The notes below the pieces were generated by a model. It was not told the origin of the DNA. It made no database searches and saw only the letters and a program-made list of their open reading frames with translations. Below are positions 8,327 through 16,615 of a stretch of 21,130 bases of DNA, in pieces. Numbering within the stretch: the stretch's first letter is position 1; each line of letters starts with the position of its first letter. This DNA comes from Candidatus Velthaea sp. (lineage in GTDB: Bacteria; Vulcanimicrobiota; Vulcanimicrobiia; Vulcanimicrobiales; Vulcanimicrobiaceae): assembly GCA_050012475.1 (NCBI GenBank), contig JBEKHC010000089.1:1-21130 (forward strand), given 5' to 3'. The translations under genes and the position numbers were made by a program.

Positions 8327-8845
8327 CTAGAGAAAGCCCAGGACGCGAGAGATGACCTGCGAGCGGTTTTGAGCGTCGGTTTTCGCAGCGATGTTCCTCA
8401 CATGTTCTTCTACGGTCGCCGGGGCGATGTGAAGGCGCGAGGCGATGTCGGTATTCGGAGCGCCTTGCATCAGGAGCTGCAGCACGTCGGCTTGGCGGCT
8501 GGTCATGCCGTGGCGCAGGACTGCCTCGCCGACGGGATCGCGCGTCCGAAGCTTTTCGATGATGACGCACGTGAGTTCGGCGTCCGGCGCATACGGCTTG
8601 ATGATGCGCACGACCGTGTCACCGTCCATCGCCATGACGCTGTCCGCTACGTGCTTGACCTTCCCCATGAGGTTGCGCACGATCTGCTCGATAGCCGGTG
8701 GCAAGCTCTCGGACTGCGAGATCGTCGGAGAACTGCAGGCGAGGACGACGCGCAAAGCCTTGTCAACCACGTAGAACGTCGGGACCGCACGCCTCTTCAG
8801 GACCTCGGGCGCGGCGTTCGCTCGCGAAGGCGGATTACGATCCAT
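8327..8845 (-). CDS. LuxR-family HTH transcriptional regulator with a non-REC N-terminal region
   Basis: C-terminal MTSRQADVLQLLMQGAPNTDIASRLHIAPATVEEHVRNIAAKTDAQNRSQVI. Probable ATG at 8845. Confidence 0.88.
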   Translation of the reverse strand: MDRNPPSRANAAPEVLKRRAVPTFYVVDKALRVVLACSSPTISQSESLPPAIEQIVRNLMGKVKHVADSVMAMDGDTVVRIIKPYAPDAELTCVIIEKLRTRDPVGEAVLRHGMTSRQADVLQLLMQGAPNTDIASRLHIAPATVEEHVRNIAAKTDAQNRSQVISRVLGFL

Positions 8846-9030
8846 ATTGTCGTTATCGGCAACGCGAAAGCAATCCAAGATACGCCGGGTCGCCGCCGGC
8901 TTGCACGCTTCGTTCTTCGCAAAGTCCGATCGGGGAGCCGATCCTGCTGCCTCGATCGTGCCTCCGAGATGCCGCAGAGCGAGTCCTCGAGCCTGATGCG
9001 CGCTCTGCCGTCGGGCGTACGCGTTTCAAT

Positions 9031-9076
9031 AGCGCCGGGCAAGAACGTTCCGCAGCGCCGGGCAAGAACGTACCGC
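9031..9076. repeat. 23-bp tandem duplication with one mismatch
   Basis: AGCGCCGGGCAAGAACGTTCCGC (9031-9053) followed by AGCGCCGGGCAAGAACGTACCGC (9054-9076). Confidence 0.95.
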
Positions 9077-9275
9077 TCATCGTCAAGCGCTCGCGGTCAC
9101 CGTTCGGATCTTCGACGCGCTCCAAGCGCTTCGATGCGCTCAAACACGTGTCGAAATCGTTCGCGCTTATGTTGCCGCCGCCGAGCGATTTCCATGAGCC
9201 GGGCGCACGTCATGGGCGCGTATGAAACACGCGCGCCCGGCGGCCCGGCGTTGCGCGAGGGGGCGCGCGCTTGCC

Positions 9276-9303
9276 GGTTTAAGCGCGGCGGGCGCGCGGG
9301 AAC
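9276..9303 (+). promoter_or_regulatory. Putative SigB/SigF-type promoter
   Basis: GGTTT-N17-GGGAAC lies 22 nt upstream of ATG 9326, with a GGAGG RBS in between. Confidence 0.4.
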
Positions 9304-9325
9304 ACGTTCTCCCGGAGGGGCTCGT

Positions 9326-9964
9326 ATGGAAGACGGATGTCCGCCGGACCAGACGCGCGAAGATCCGCTCGACGTTCACCGCGCGCTGCAAAACGTGCTG
9401 CTGTTCGGCATTCTGCCGCGGTGGATCGTGCCCGGCTTTCTCGACTATGTGCTGCACCGCAAGAGTTCGATCGAAACGACCAGCGGCACGCACGAATCGC
9501 TCATTCACGCCTTGCAGATGACGTCGATCGGCATCCCGACGCTCCTGGCGCTGCTGTGCGAAGTAAACGCTGCGATCATCGCGACTTCGATCGGTGCAGC
9601 CCTGCTTCACGAAACGCTCACGTTCCGGGATATCGCCTACGCCGAACCGTTGCGCCGGCCGGAGCCCAACGAACAGCACGTTCACAGCTTCTTGGAAGTT
9701 CTGCCAGTCATGGCGCTGACGACTTTGCTGACGCTTCATCCGGCGCAGACCGCCGCACTTTTCGGCCGCGGCACCAAGCCGCCGGTCTGGCGCTTGCGGC
9801 CGAAGGAGCCGGCGCTTCGCGGCCGCTACTTGGCCGCGGTAGCCGCCGCCGTCACGTCGTTCTTGGTCGTGCCCTACGCCGAAGAACTTCTGCGCTGCTA
9901 TCGCACCGATCGCACGTTCGCCGCGCATCGCTCGCCGCAGCCGGGCGACTCAGTCACGCGTTAA
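9326..9964 (+). CDS. Conserved His-rich membrane protein (family I recall being mislabelled 'diguanylate cyclase'; no GGDEF present)
   Basis: GGAGG RBS. Motifs DYVLHRKSSIETTSGTHESLIH, EQHVHSFLEVLP and PYAEELLRC, with several TM segments. Confidence 0.8.
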   Translation: MEDGCPPDQTREDPLDVHRALQNVLLFGILPRWIVPGFLDYVLHRKSSIETTSGTHESLIHALQMTSIGIPTLLALLCEVNAAIIATSIGAALLHETLTFRDIAYAEPLRRPEPNEQHVHSFLEVLPVMALTTLLTLHPAQTAALFGRGTKPPVWRLRPKEPALRGRYLAAVAAAVTSFLVVPYAEELLRCYRTDRTFAAHRSPQPGDSVTR

Positions 9965-9988
9965 CCCTGGCCGCGAATCGCGCGCCTG

Positions 9989-11035
9989 TCAGCTCGGGCT
10001 TCCCTCGGCGGCGCCAAAATCTGCCGGCTGCGCCCGGTCCCCGTTCGCGACCGAGAACGTCGTGCGCCGCTTGCCGATCACGATGTCTTCTTTGCGCAGG
10101 ACGTGTTTGGACACATCGACGTTGACGCGCTCTTCCCAGAGCGGGATGCGCACGGTCTCCCCGGCTTCGAGCCGGCGGCCCTCGATGATGACCGTTCCGC
10201 CTTCGCCGGCATATTCGATGACGAGTTCTTCGCGCGTGACGGGAACCTGAATCGTCCGGGTTTCACGAACGATCTCTTTGCGCACACGCGCCTCACCGGC
10301 CGCCTCGACCGGCGTTCGCGCAAACCGGTCCGGCACCGGCACGTGCAGTTGCGAGGCGCGCGGTTCACCGGCCGGCACGGCGCCGCCGCGCGCCGCCGAC
10401 ACGGTGCCGCGCAGCGGCGCGGCGCGCAGAACGCTGGGAGCGAAACGGCGCGCCGTCAGGACCAAACAGCCCAAGCAGCAGAGCCCGGTGAACACGGCGA
10501 CGCCGAAGCGCCACTGCGCGGTCGATGGCATTTGCGCGTTTTGCAGGCCGGTTGCCCGCACGAAGTCGTCGTCCGCCGACGCCGGCGGACGGATATGCAC
10601 GGCAGGCGGCCGATTCGTATACGCGACGGTCGCCCCGGCTGCTTCGGCGACGGTGCGCAACGGAACGTAGACGCGACCGTCATGCCGCATCGGGGCCACG
10701 TCCAGGTCGACGGACGCGTGTCCCACAACTGCTCGCCGCCGATCGAGGATGAAGGCCGCGATCACGGCCCCTTCCTTGCGCACGACCACGAATTTCGGCC
10801 ACGAGTATTGGACGCTCGCGCCGATGGCCTCGAAGACTCCGCGCACGGGGACGAGCAAATGCCGGCGTTCGACGACTGCGGGCGTGCGGATTCTTTTGTG
10901 GCCGACGTAGATCGCCGGCGTCGCCTCGACGGCTCGGCCGTCACGGCGGCGCGCATCGGCCGCCTGCGGGGCGATCAAAATGCCGAGGCAAAGGCTGATC
11001 CCAAGGCAACGTATCAGCGTTTGGAAGATGTGCAC
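9989..11035 (-). CDS. Copper-amine-oxidase N-terminal (stalk) domain + TM + YsnF/AvaK (DUF2382) domain protein
   Basis: GAGGGAG RBS and GTG 11035, signal peptide, LLVPVRGVFEAIGA and GRVYVPLRTVAEAAGA, a TM, then GEARVRKEIVRETRTIQVPVTREELVIE...VRIPLWEERVNV. Confidence 0.82.
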   Translation of the reverse strand: MHIFQTLIRCLGISLCLGILIAPQAADARRRDGRAVEATPAIYVGHKRIRTPAVVERRHLLVPVRGVFEAIGASVQYSWPKFVVVRKEGAVIAAFILDRRRAVVGHASVDLDVAPMRHDGRVYVPLRTVAEAAGATVAYTNRPPAVHIRPPASADDDFVRATGLQNAQMPSTAQWRFGVAVFTGLCCLGCLVLTARRFAPSVLRAAPLRGTVSAARGGAVPAGEPRASQLHVPVPDRFARTPVEAAGEARVRKEIVRETRTIQVPVTREELVIEYAGEGGTVIIEGRRLEAGETVRIPLWEERVNVDVSKHVLRKEDIVIGKRRTTFSVANGDRAQPADFGAAEGSPS

Positions 11036-11172
11036 CGACTCCCTCAACTCCTGACCGATCAATGCGGGAGGTGTGTCCGGCGGTCAAATGCGCTGCATTT
11101 CCCGCGCTATTACGTGCGATATTCACCACGCCCAGAACCGGACCCCGCCGTCACCGGACCGAAGACTGCCGA

Positions 11173-11874
11173 ATGCAAACGACTGCCGAACTCAAGCGCG
11201 CCGCGGGCGAAGCCGCCGTCGACCGTTACGTGCGTGACGGCATGTGCGTGGGCCTCGGAACCGGCTCGACGGCTTACTACGCAATTTTGCGGGTCGGCGA
11301 AATGGTCGCTGCCGGTGCGTCGATCGTCGCCGTCGCCTCATCGCTGGGGACCGAAGAGCTGTGTCGCCAAGCCGGCATTCCACTCGTCGATTTGCTTTTA
11401 CGGCCGATTGCCGTCGCGATCGACGGGGCTGATGAAGTCGCGCCCGACTTCGCTTTGACCAAGGGCGGCGGCGGCGCGCTGTTTCGCGAGAAATGCATCG
11501 CCCTTGCAGCCGAGCGGTTCATCGTCATCGTCGACGAAAGCAAGCTCGTGACGAAATTGGGGGCCTTTCCGACGCCGGTCGAAGTCCTCCCGTTCGCGCT
11601 GAGCTGGGTCGAGCGCGAGATCGCGAGCGCGTTCCCGCACGCCGCGATCCGGCGCCGCGGGGCGAGCCCGTCGTTCGTCACCGACAACGGCAACGCGATT
11701 CTCGATTGCGCGTTCGGCCTCATCGACGACCCCGCCGAACTCGAGGCCGAGTTACGCGCGATTCACGGTGTCGTCGATGCCGGATTGTTTACCAACCTCA
11801 CCGATGTGGTGCTGGTCGCGCAGCCCGGCGGGGTACGCGATCTGCGGCGCGGCGAGCAGCCCGCCGGCTTGTAG
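11173..11874 (+). CDS. rpiA: Ribose-5-phosphate isomerase A
   Basis: Motifs GLGTGST, DGADEV, KGGGGALFREK, TDNGN and IHGVVDAGLF. Confidence 0.97.
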   Translation: MQTTAELKRAAGEAAVDRYVRDGMCVGLGTGSTAYYAILRVGEMVAAGASIVAVASSLGTEELCRQAGIPLVDLLLRPIAVAIDGADEVAPDFALTKGGGGALFREKCIALAAERFIVIVDESKLVTKLGAFPTPVEVLPFALSWVEREIASAFPHAAIRRRGASPSFVTDNGNAILDCAFGLIDDPAELEAELRAIHGVVDAGLFTNLTDVVLVAQPGGVRDLRRGEQPAGL

Positions 11875-12570
11875 CCGGTTGCGACGCCCGCGGCCGGTGC
11901 GCAGCAAGGCGACGATGCGCCGCACGCACTCGACGGCAAACATCAGCACGATCGCGCCGACGGCCCCGAAAACCCACAACGGCGTGGTCTCTTCGGTCGC
12001 CGCGACGGGCGCCTCGGGCGGGGGCGTGACGACGACGAGCTCGTCATTGGGCACCCGAATGTCGACTAGGCGCGGGCGGGCGGAATAGGTGACGGTCGCG
12101 CCGGCGATCTCGGCGATCGCGCGCAGGGGCACGTAAACCCGGCCCCCGCGCCGGACAGGCGCGGCGCTGAGCTCGCGCGGCTGATTGTAGACGACGGCGT
12201 GCTGACGGTCGACGACCAGTCCCGCCACGACGGTGCCGTTGCGACGCACAACGACGATGCGCGGCGCCGTGTACTCGACGTCGGCGTGCAGCGCCTCGAA
12301 CACGCCGCGTACGGGGACCAGCAGATGTCCGTGCCGGAGCACCGCCGGCTGACGAACGAGTTGGCCGCCGACGAAAATCGGCGGTGGAACGTCGGCCCGC
12401 TTGACTTTTTGGCGAACGGTAATCGGGCCGGCGGCTTGATGCAGGCGGATGTGGTGCCGCGGGTCATGGTGCGCCGCGCACGCGGGCTGCAGGCCCGCCA
12501 GCGTGCAGGCTGTCAGCGCAACTCCAATGCCGGCACCGACGATCCTTGAATGCACCCGCGACCTCCGCAC
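11752..12570 (-). CDS. Copper-amine-oxidase N-terminal (stalk) domain protein with C-terminal TM
   Basis: Signal peptide, HLLVPVRGVFEALHA and GRVYVPLRAIAEIAGA, TM WVFGAVGAIVLMFAV. Paralog of 9989-11035. Confidence 0.8.
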   Translation of the reverse strand: MRRSRVHSRIVGAGIGVALTACTLAGLQPACAAHHDPRHHIRLHQAAGPITVRQKVKRADVPPPIFVGGQLVRQPAVLRHGHLLVPVRGVFEALHADVEYTAPRIVVVRRNGTVVAGLVVDRQHAVVYNQPRELSAAPVRRGGRVYVPLRAIAEIAGATVTYSARPRLVDIRVPNDELVVVTPPPEAPVAATEETTPLWVFGAVGAIVLMFAVECVRRIVALLRTGRGRRNRLQAGGLLAAPQIAYPAGLRDQHHIGEVGKQSGIDDTVNRA

Positions 12571-12700
12571 GTTTTTCCCGTTCTCTTATTGATAGCCGGA
12601 TGGACGCGTTCTGCCAGGACCCCAAAGTCCCAAAACGCCGCGCATTCCGCCTCGTAACACCTGCGCTTCGCCGGCACGCCGGCTCGTTGCAGACGGGCGC

Positions 12701-13205
12701 TCAGGCCGTTGGGCCAAGAGCCGGGCCGTGAGCGCACGGTCGCACGAACAGGATCGTCGGCAAGCCATTGGCCTCCAAGCGCCGCGCTTCGCGATACCCG
12801 CATTTTTCTGCCAGGCGAATCGACGCCGCGTTGCGCGGGTCGACGAGGCAGATGGTCTCTTCGACGGCCCGCATATCGCTCCAAGCGACGATGGCCCGGG
12901 CCGCCTCCGTGCCGAAGCCCTTGCCGTGCTGCGCGCGCGTCACGACCCAGCCGCCTTCGGGGATCCCGCGCAGCGCCGGGTCGAGGTCACGTTTGAAGTC
13001 CGCGAAGCCGATCTCGCCCACGAACGCGCCGGTCGCTTTTTCTTCGATCGCCCAATAGCCGAATCCCAACAGCGCCCAGTGTCCGGCGGACGACGTCCGG
13101 ATCGGCCCACATCGCCGCGCTCTGGGGATAGTCATCGAGTCGATGGCCGCGCAAACGCAGCCGTTCGGTTTCGATCGGCGGCGGAGCGGGCGCCGTCAAC
13201 GACAT
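12701..13205 (-). pseudogene. RimJ/RimL-type GNAT acetyltransferase broken by internal deletion/frameshift
   Basis: MSLTAPAPPPIETERLRLR...MWADPDVVR in one frame; GHWALLGFGYW...HGKGFGTEA...NAASIRLAEKCGY in another. Junction at about 13085. Confidence 0.85.
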
Positions 13206-13212
13206 TGCAGTC

Positions 13213-13300
13213 GTAGAGGGCTGCGCTACGCGCAGCCCGTCGCGTTTCGGCTTCGCCGAAGCCGCCTGTCGCAGTTTATCCGACAAGTCGGACAAACTGC
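13213..13300. repeat. Cluster of three palindromes, REP-like
   Basis: GTAGA-GGGCTGCGC-TAC-GCGCAGCCC (13213-13238), CGGCTTC-GCC-GAAGCCG (13248-13264) and GCAGTTTATCCGAC-AA-GTCGGACAAACTGC (13271-13300). Confidence 0.6.
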
Positions 13301-14481
13301 TAGGCGACCTCGAACAAGCCCGCTGCGCCCATCCCGCCGCCGATGCACATCGTGACGACCACGTATTTTTCGTTGCGCCGTTTGCCCTCGATGAGCGCGT
13401 GCATGACCATGCGCGCCCCGCTCACGCCGTAGGGATGTCCGATCGAGATCGCGCCGCCGTCGACGTTGAGTTTCTCCTGCGGGATGCCCAGCGCGTCGCG
13501 GCAGTACAGCGTCTGCACCGCGAATGCTTCGTTGAGCTCCCACAGCCCCACGTCATCGATACGCAATCCGTGGCGCTTGAGCAGCTCGGGAACCGCGAGG
13601 GCCGGCCCGATGCCCATCTCGCCGGGATCGCAGCCGACGACGACCATCCCGCGATAGATCCCCAGCGGCTGCAGATTCCGCTGTTCCGCCAGCTTCGAAT
13701 CCATCACGACGACCGCCGCTGCGCCGTCCGAAAGCTGCGAGCTGTTGCCAGCCGTGATCGAAGAGTCTTTGCCCAGCACACCCTTGAGCGCGGCCAACCC
13801 TTCGAGCGTCGTATCGACGCGATTGCCTTCGTCTTTGGCGAGCACGACGTGCTCCTCGCGCACGCTCCCGCTGCCTTTGTCCTCGACATACTTCCAACTC
13901 GGCAGCGGCACGATCTCGGCATCGAATCGGCCCGCGCTTTGCGCCGCGGCCGTGCGCTGCTGGCTCTCGAGCGCGTACTCGTCTTGCGCTTCGCGCGCGA
14001 TCTTGTAGTGTTTGGCCAGGTTGTCGGCGGTTTGCAGCATCGGCATGAAGATGTCGGGTTCGTTGCGCAACAGCCACTCTTCGGTAAAGCCCTTGACGTG
14101 CACGTCGTTCTGCACCATTGAGACCGACTCGCAGCCACCCGCGACGATGATCTTCGCACCGTCGACGAGCACGCGTCCAGCCGCCGCGGCGATTGCCTGC
14201 AGCCCCGAGGCGCAGTAACGATTGATCGTCTGCCCGGGAACGCTGCGCGGCAATCCGGCGCGCAAGGCTGCGGTGCGCCCGAGATTGTGACCGGTCGCGC
14301 CTTCGGGCAACCCCGTGCCGATGATGACGTCCTCGATTTCGGCGGGATCGACTCCGGCGCGTGCGACCGCGTGCTGCACGACGTGGCCGGCCATCGTTGC
14401 GCCGTGGGTTTGATTGAACGCACCGCGAAACGCTCGCCCGATCGGCGTGCGCGCGGCGGACACGATGACGGCTTCAGACAT
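13300..14481 (-). CDS. Acetyl-CoA C-acyltransferase (thiolase)
   Basis: Starts [15 protein letters not shown]. Motifs [18 protein letters not shown] and MCIGGGMG. Confidence 0.96.
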   Translation of the reverse strand: MSEAVIVSAARTPIGRAFRGAFNQTHGATMAGHVVQHAVARAGVDPAEIEDVIIGTGLPEGATGHNLGRTAALRAGLPRSVPGQTINRYCASGLQAIAAAAGRVLVDGAKIIVAGGCESVSMVQNDVHVKGFTEEWLLRNEPDIFMPMLQTADNLAKHYKIAREAQDEYALESQQRTAAAQSAGRFDAEIVPLPSWKYVEDKGSGSVREEHVVLAKDEGNRVDTTLEGLAALKGVLGKDSSITAGNSSQLSDGAAAVVVMDSKLAEQRNLQPLGIYRGMVVVGCDPGEMGIGPALAVPELLKRHGLRIDDVGLWELNEAFAVQTLYCRDALGIPQEKLNVDGGAISIGHPYGVSGARMVMHALIEGKRRNEKYVVVTMCIGGGMGAAGLFEVA

Positions 14482-16615
14482 GTGCGATCTCCCGCCGGTA
14501 CTTGGCAATCGTTCCGCCTTGCTGCGCGATCCGTTCGAGCAGCGGCGATACCGGCCAGCCAAAGTCTTTGATGCGTGCGACGACCCGGGCGACGCCGATT
14601 TCGTCGGCGTACCACATGGGTCCGCCGTGATGTGGCGGAAACCCGTAGCCGTAAATGTAGACGATGTCTTCGTCGCCCGGCCGCAGCGCAATCCCGTTCT
14701 CGAGCAGTCCGGCCCCGACGTTGACGAGCGCGTAGGCCAGCCGCTCGAGGATCTCCGCGTCGCTGACGTCCCGCGGCGCGATGCCGGCCTTGGCGGCTTC
14801 TTCCGCCGCCAGCGCGAGCAGCGCCGGATCGGGAACGGGGTCGCGCTTGTTGGGCCCGTCGTATTTGTAGAAGCCGACGCCGGTTTTCTGACCCCAACGT
14901 TTGGTTTCGTACATCCGATCGATGATGTTGGTGCGCTTCTCGCCCAGCGCCGCAGCGTGACCTTGCTGAATATGCCAGAACACGTCGACGCCGGAAAGAT
15001 CGAACGTCGCGAACGGTCCCATCGCAAATCCGAACTGCTCCTTCATCACGCGGTCGATCCGTTCGGGCGCGACGCCTTCTTCGAGCAGATACATCGCCTC
15101 GCGCGAATAGTCGAAGAACATGCGGTTACCGATGAAACCGAAGGCGTTGGCCGAGACGACGGCTACCTTGCGCAGGGTTTTACCGAGTTTGATCGCGGTG
15201 GTCAGGGTTTGCGGCGAGGTGTCCGCTCCGCGGACGATCTCCAGCAGCCGCATGATGTTGGCGGGCGCGAAGAAATGCAGTCCGACGAACTTATCCCGCC
15301 GCCCGGTTACGCTCGCCATCTCGTCGATGTCCAGCGTCGAGGTATTCGAGGCCAAGATAGCTTGCGGTTTGCACGCTGCGTCCAGTTTGCGGAACACGTC
15401 CTTCTTGACGTCCATGTTTTCGAACACGGCCTCGATGACGATGTCGGCCTCGCCAAGCTCGTCGTAGGTGCTTGCCCACGAGACGAGCTGGCCGAGCTTC
15501 CAGGCTTGCTCCTGGCTAATCCGGCCGCGCTTCACTTGCTGCGCGAACATGCCGAACACCATTTGCTTCGAGCGTTCGACTTGTTCGTCGATCGGCTCGA
15601 CGAGCACCACCCGAATCCCGGCATTGGCGAACGTGATCGCGATGCCGGTCCCCATCGTGCCGGCGCCGACGACGCCGGCTGTTTTGATGTCGAGCGCTTC
15701 GGCCGGCGGCAGATTCGGAATCTTCCCCAGTTGTCGCTCGGCGAAGAACAAATGCCGCAACGCGGCCGACGGTTTCGAGACCACCAATTCCTCGAACAGC
15801 CGATATTCGCGCGCCAGACCGTGGGCGAAATCGAGTTCGAGCGCCGCTTCGACGGCATCGACGAGCTTGTGTGCGGCATATCCGCCGTTGCTCTCGGGCG
15901 GGACCATTTTGTGCGCTTGCGCGACGACGAAGGGCGTCGCGAGCAGGGTCATGCCGTGCACGCCCAGTTCGGTTTTGCGCTCCGAAACACGGCGTTTGGG
16001 CGCCGTCGCGATGACGCGTTCGATTAGCGCGACCGCCGCGTCGACGACGTTGCCGCGAGCGATCTCGTCCAGAATGCCCTTTTTGAGCGCCTCCTCAGCC
16101 ACGACGTTGTCGCCTTTGAGCATCAACGCCAGGGCATCTTGAGCGCCGATGAGGCGCGGCAGCCGCTGCGTTCCGCCGCCGCCCGGCAGCAGTCCCAGCC
16201 GAATTTCGGGGAACCCGACTTTCGTTTTCGGCGAGCCGATACGGTAGTCGCACGCCAACGCCAGCTCCAGTCCGCCGCCCAGCGCGTTGCCGTCGATCGC
16301 CGCAACGAAGGTCTTCGCGCTGCGCTCGAGCGCTGCCGTGACGTCGCGCAGCGTTTTCGTGTCGGACGTCGGAACGGTCGCGAAGTCGTTGATGTCGGCG
16401 CCGAAGCTGAACAACCCGCCCGCGCCGGTAAAGATGACGGCGCGGACCGCTGGGTCGGCATCGGCGGCCTGGACCGCCGTGAGGAGTTGCTCCGACAAAG
16501 CGAACGAGATGGCGTTGGCGGGAGGATTGTCCAGCGTGATGACGCGGATGCCGCCCGGACGCTCGGTGACGGTGATGAGCGCCGCGACGTCGGTTTGACC
16601 GGAAGGATTCATCAT
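14474..16615 (-). CDS. Bifunctional enoyl-CoA hydratase / 3-hydroxyacyl-CoA dehydrogenase
   Basis: ECH motifs [15 protein letters not shown] and [22 protein letters not shown] motifs GAGTMG, EAVFE, SNTS and HFFAP. Start at 16618, 16615 or 16612. Confidence 0.96.
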   Translation of the reverse strand: MMNPSGQTDVAALITVTERPGGIRVITLDNPPANAISFALSEQLLTAVQAADADPAVRAVIFTGAGGLFSFGADINDFATVPTSDTKTLRDVTAALERSAKTFVAAIDGNALGGGLELALACDYRIGSPKTKVGFPEIRLGLLPGGGGTQRLPRLIGAQDALALMLKGDNVVAEEALKKGILDEIARGNVVDAAVALIERVIATAPKRRVSERKTELGVHGMTLLATPFVVAQAHKMVPPESNGGYAAHKLVDAVEAALELDFAHGLAREYRLFEELVVSKPSAALRHLFFAERQLGKIPNLPPAEALDIKTAGVVGAGTMGTGIAITFANAGIRVVLVEPIDEQVERSKQMVFGMFAQQVKRGRISQEQAWKLGQLVSWASTYDELGEADIVIEAVFENMDVKKDVFRKLDAACKPQAILASNTSTLDIDEMASVTGRRDKFVGLHFFAPANIMRLLEIVRGADTSPQTLTTAIKLGKTLRKVAVVSANAFGFIGNRMFFDYSREAMYLLEEGVAPERIDRVMKEQFGFAMGPFATFDLSGVDVFWHIQQGHAAALGEKRTNIIDRMYETKRWGQKTGVGFYKYDGPNKRDPVPDPALLALAAEEAAKAGIAPRDVSDAEILERLAYALVNVGAGLLENGIALRPGDEDIVYIYGYGFPPHHGGPMWYADEIGVARVVARIKDFGWPVSPLLERIAQQGGTIAKYRREIAHV

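Noticed and set aside
9031..9076. CRISPR array
   Set aside because: Two abutting copies with no spacer, and no cas genes.
8288..9964. 558-aa plus-strand ORF
   Set aside because: Only the part from ATG 9326 (with RBS) is protein-like. The upstream part is the antisense shadow of the LuxR gene and spacer.
14482..15027. Long N-terminal extension of the thiolase ORF
   Set aside because: It is an alternative frame of the ECH/HAD gene. The true start [12 protein letters not shown] at 14481 has a GGGAG RBS.
14414..16027. 537-aa antisense ORF, and similar shadows at 10103-11458, 5285-6406, 13704-14897 and 17075-18166
   Set aside because: These overlap well-supported genes, show no recognisable motifs, and are expected stop-poor frames in high-GC DNA.
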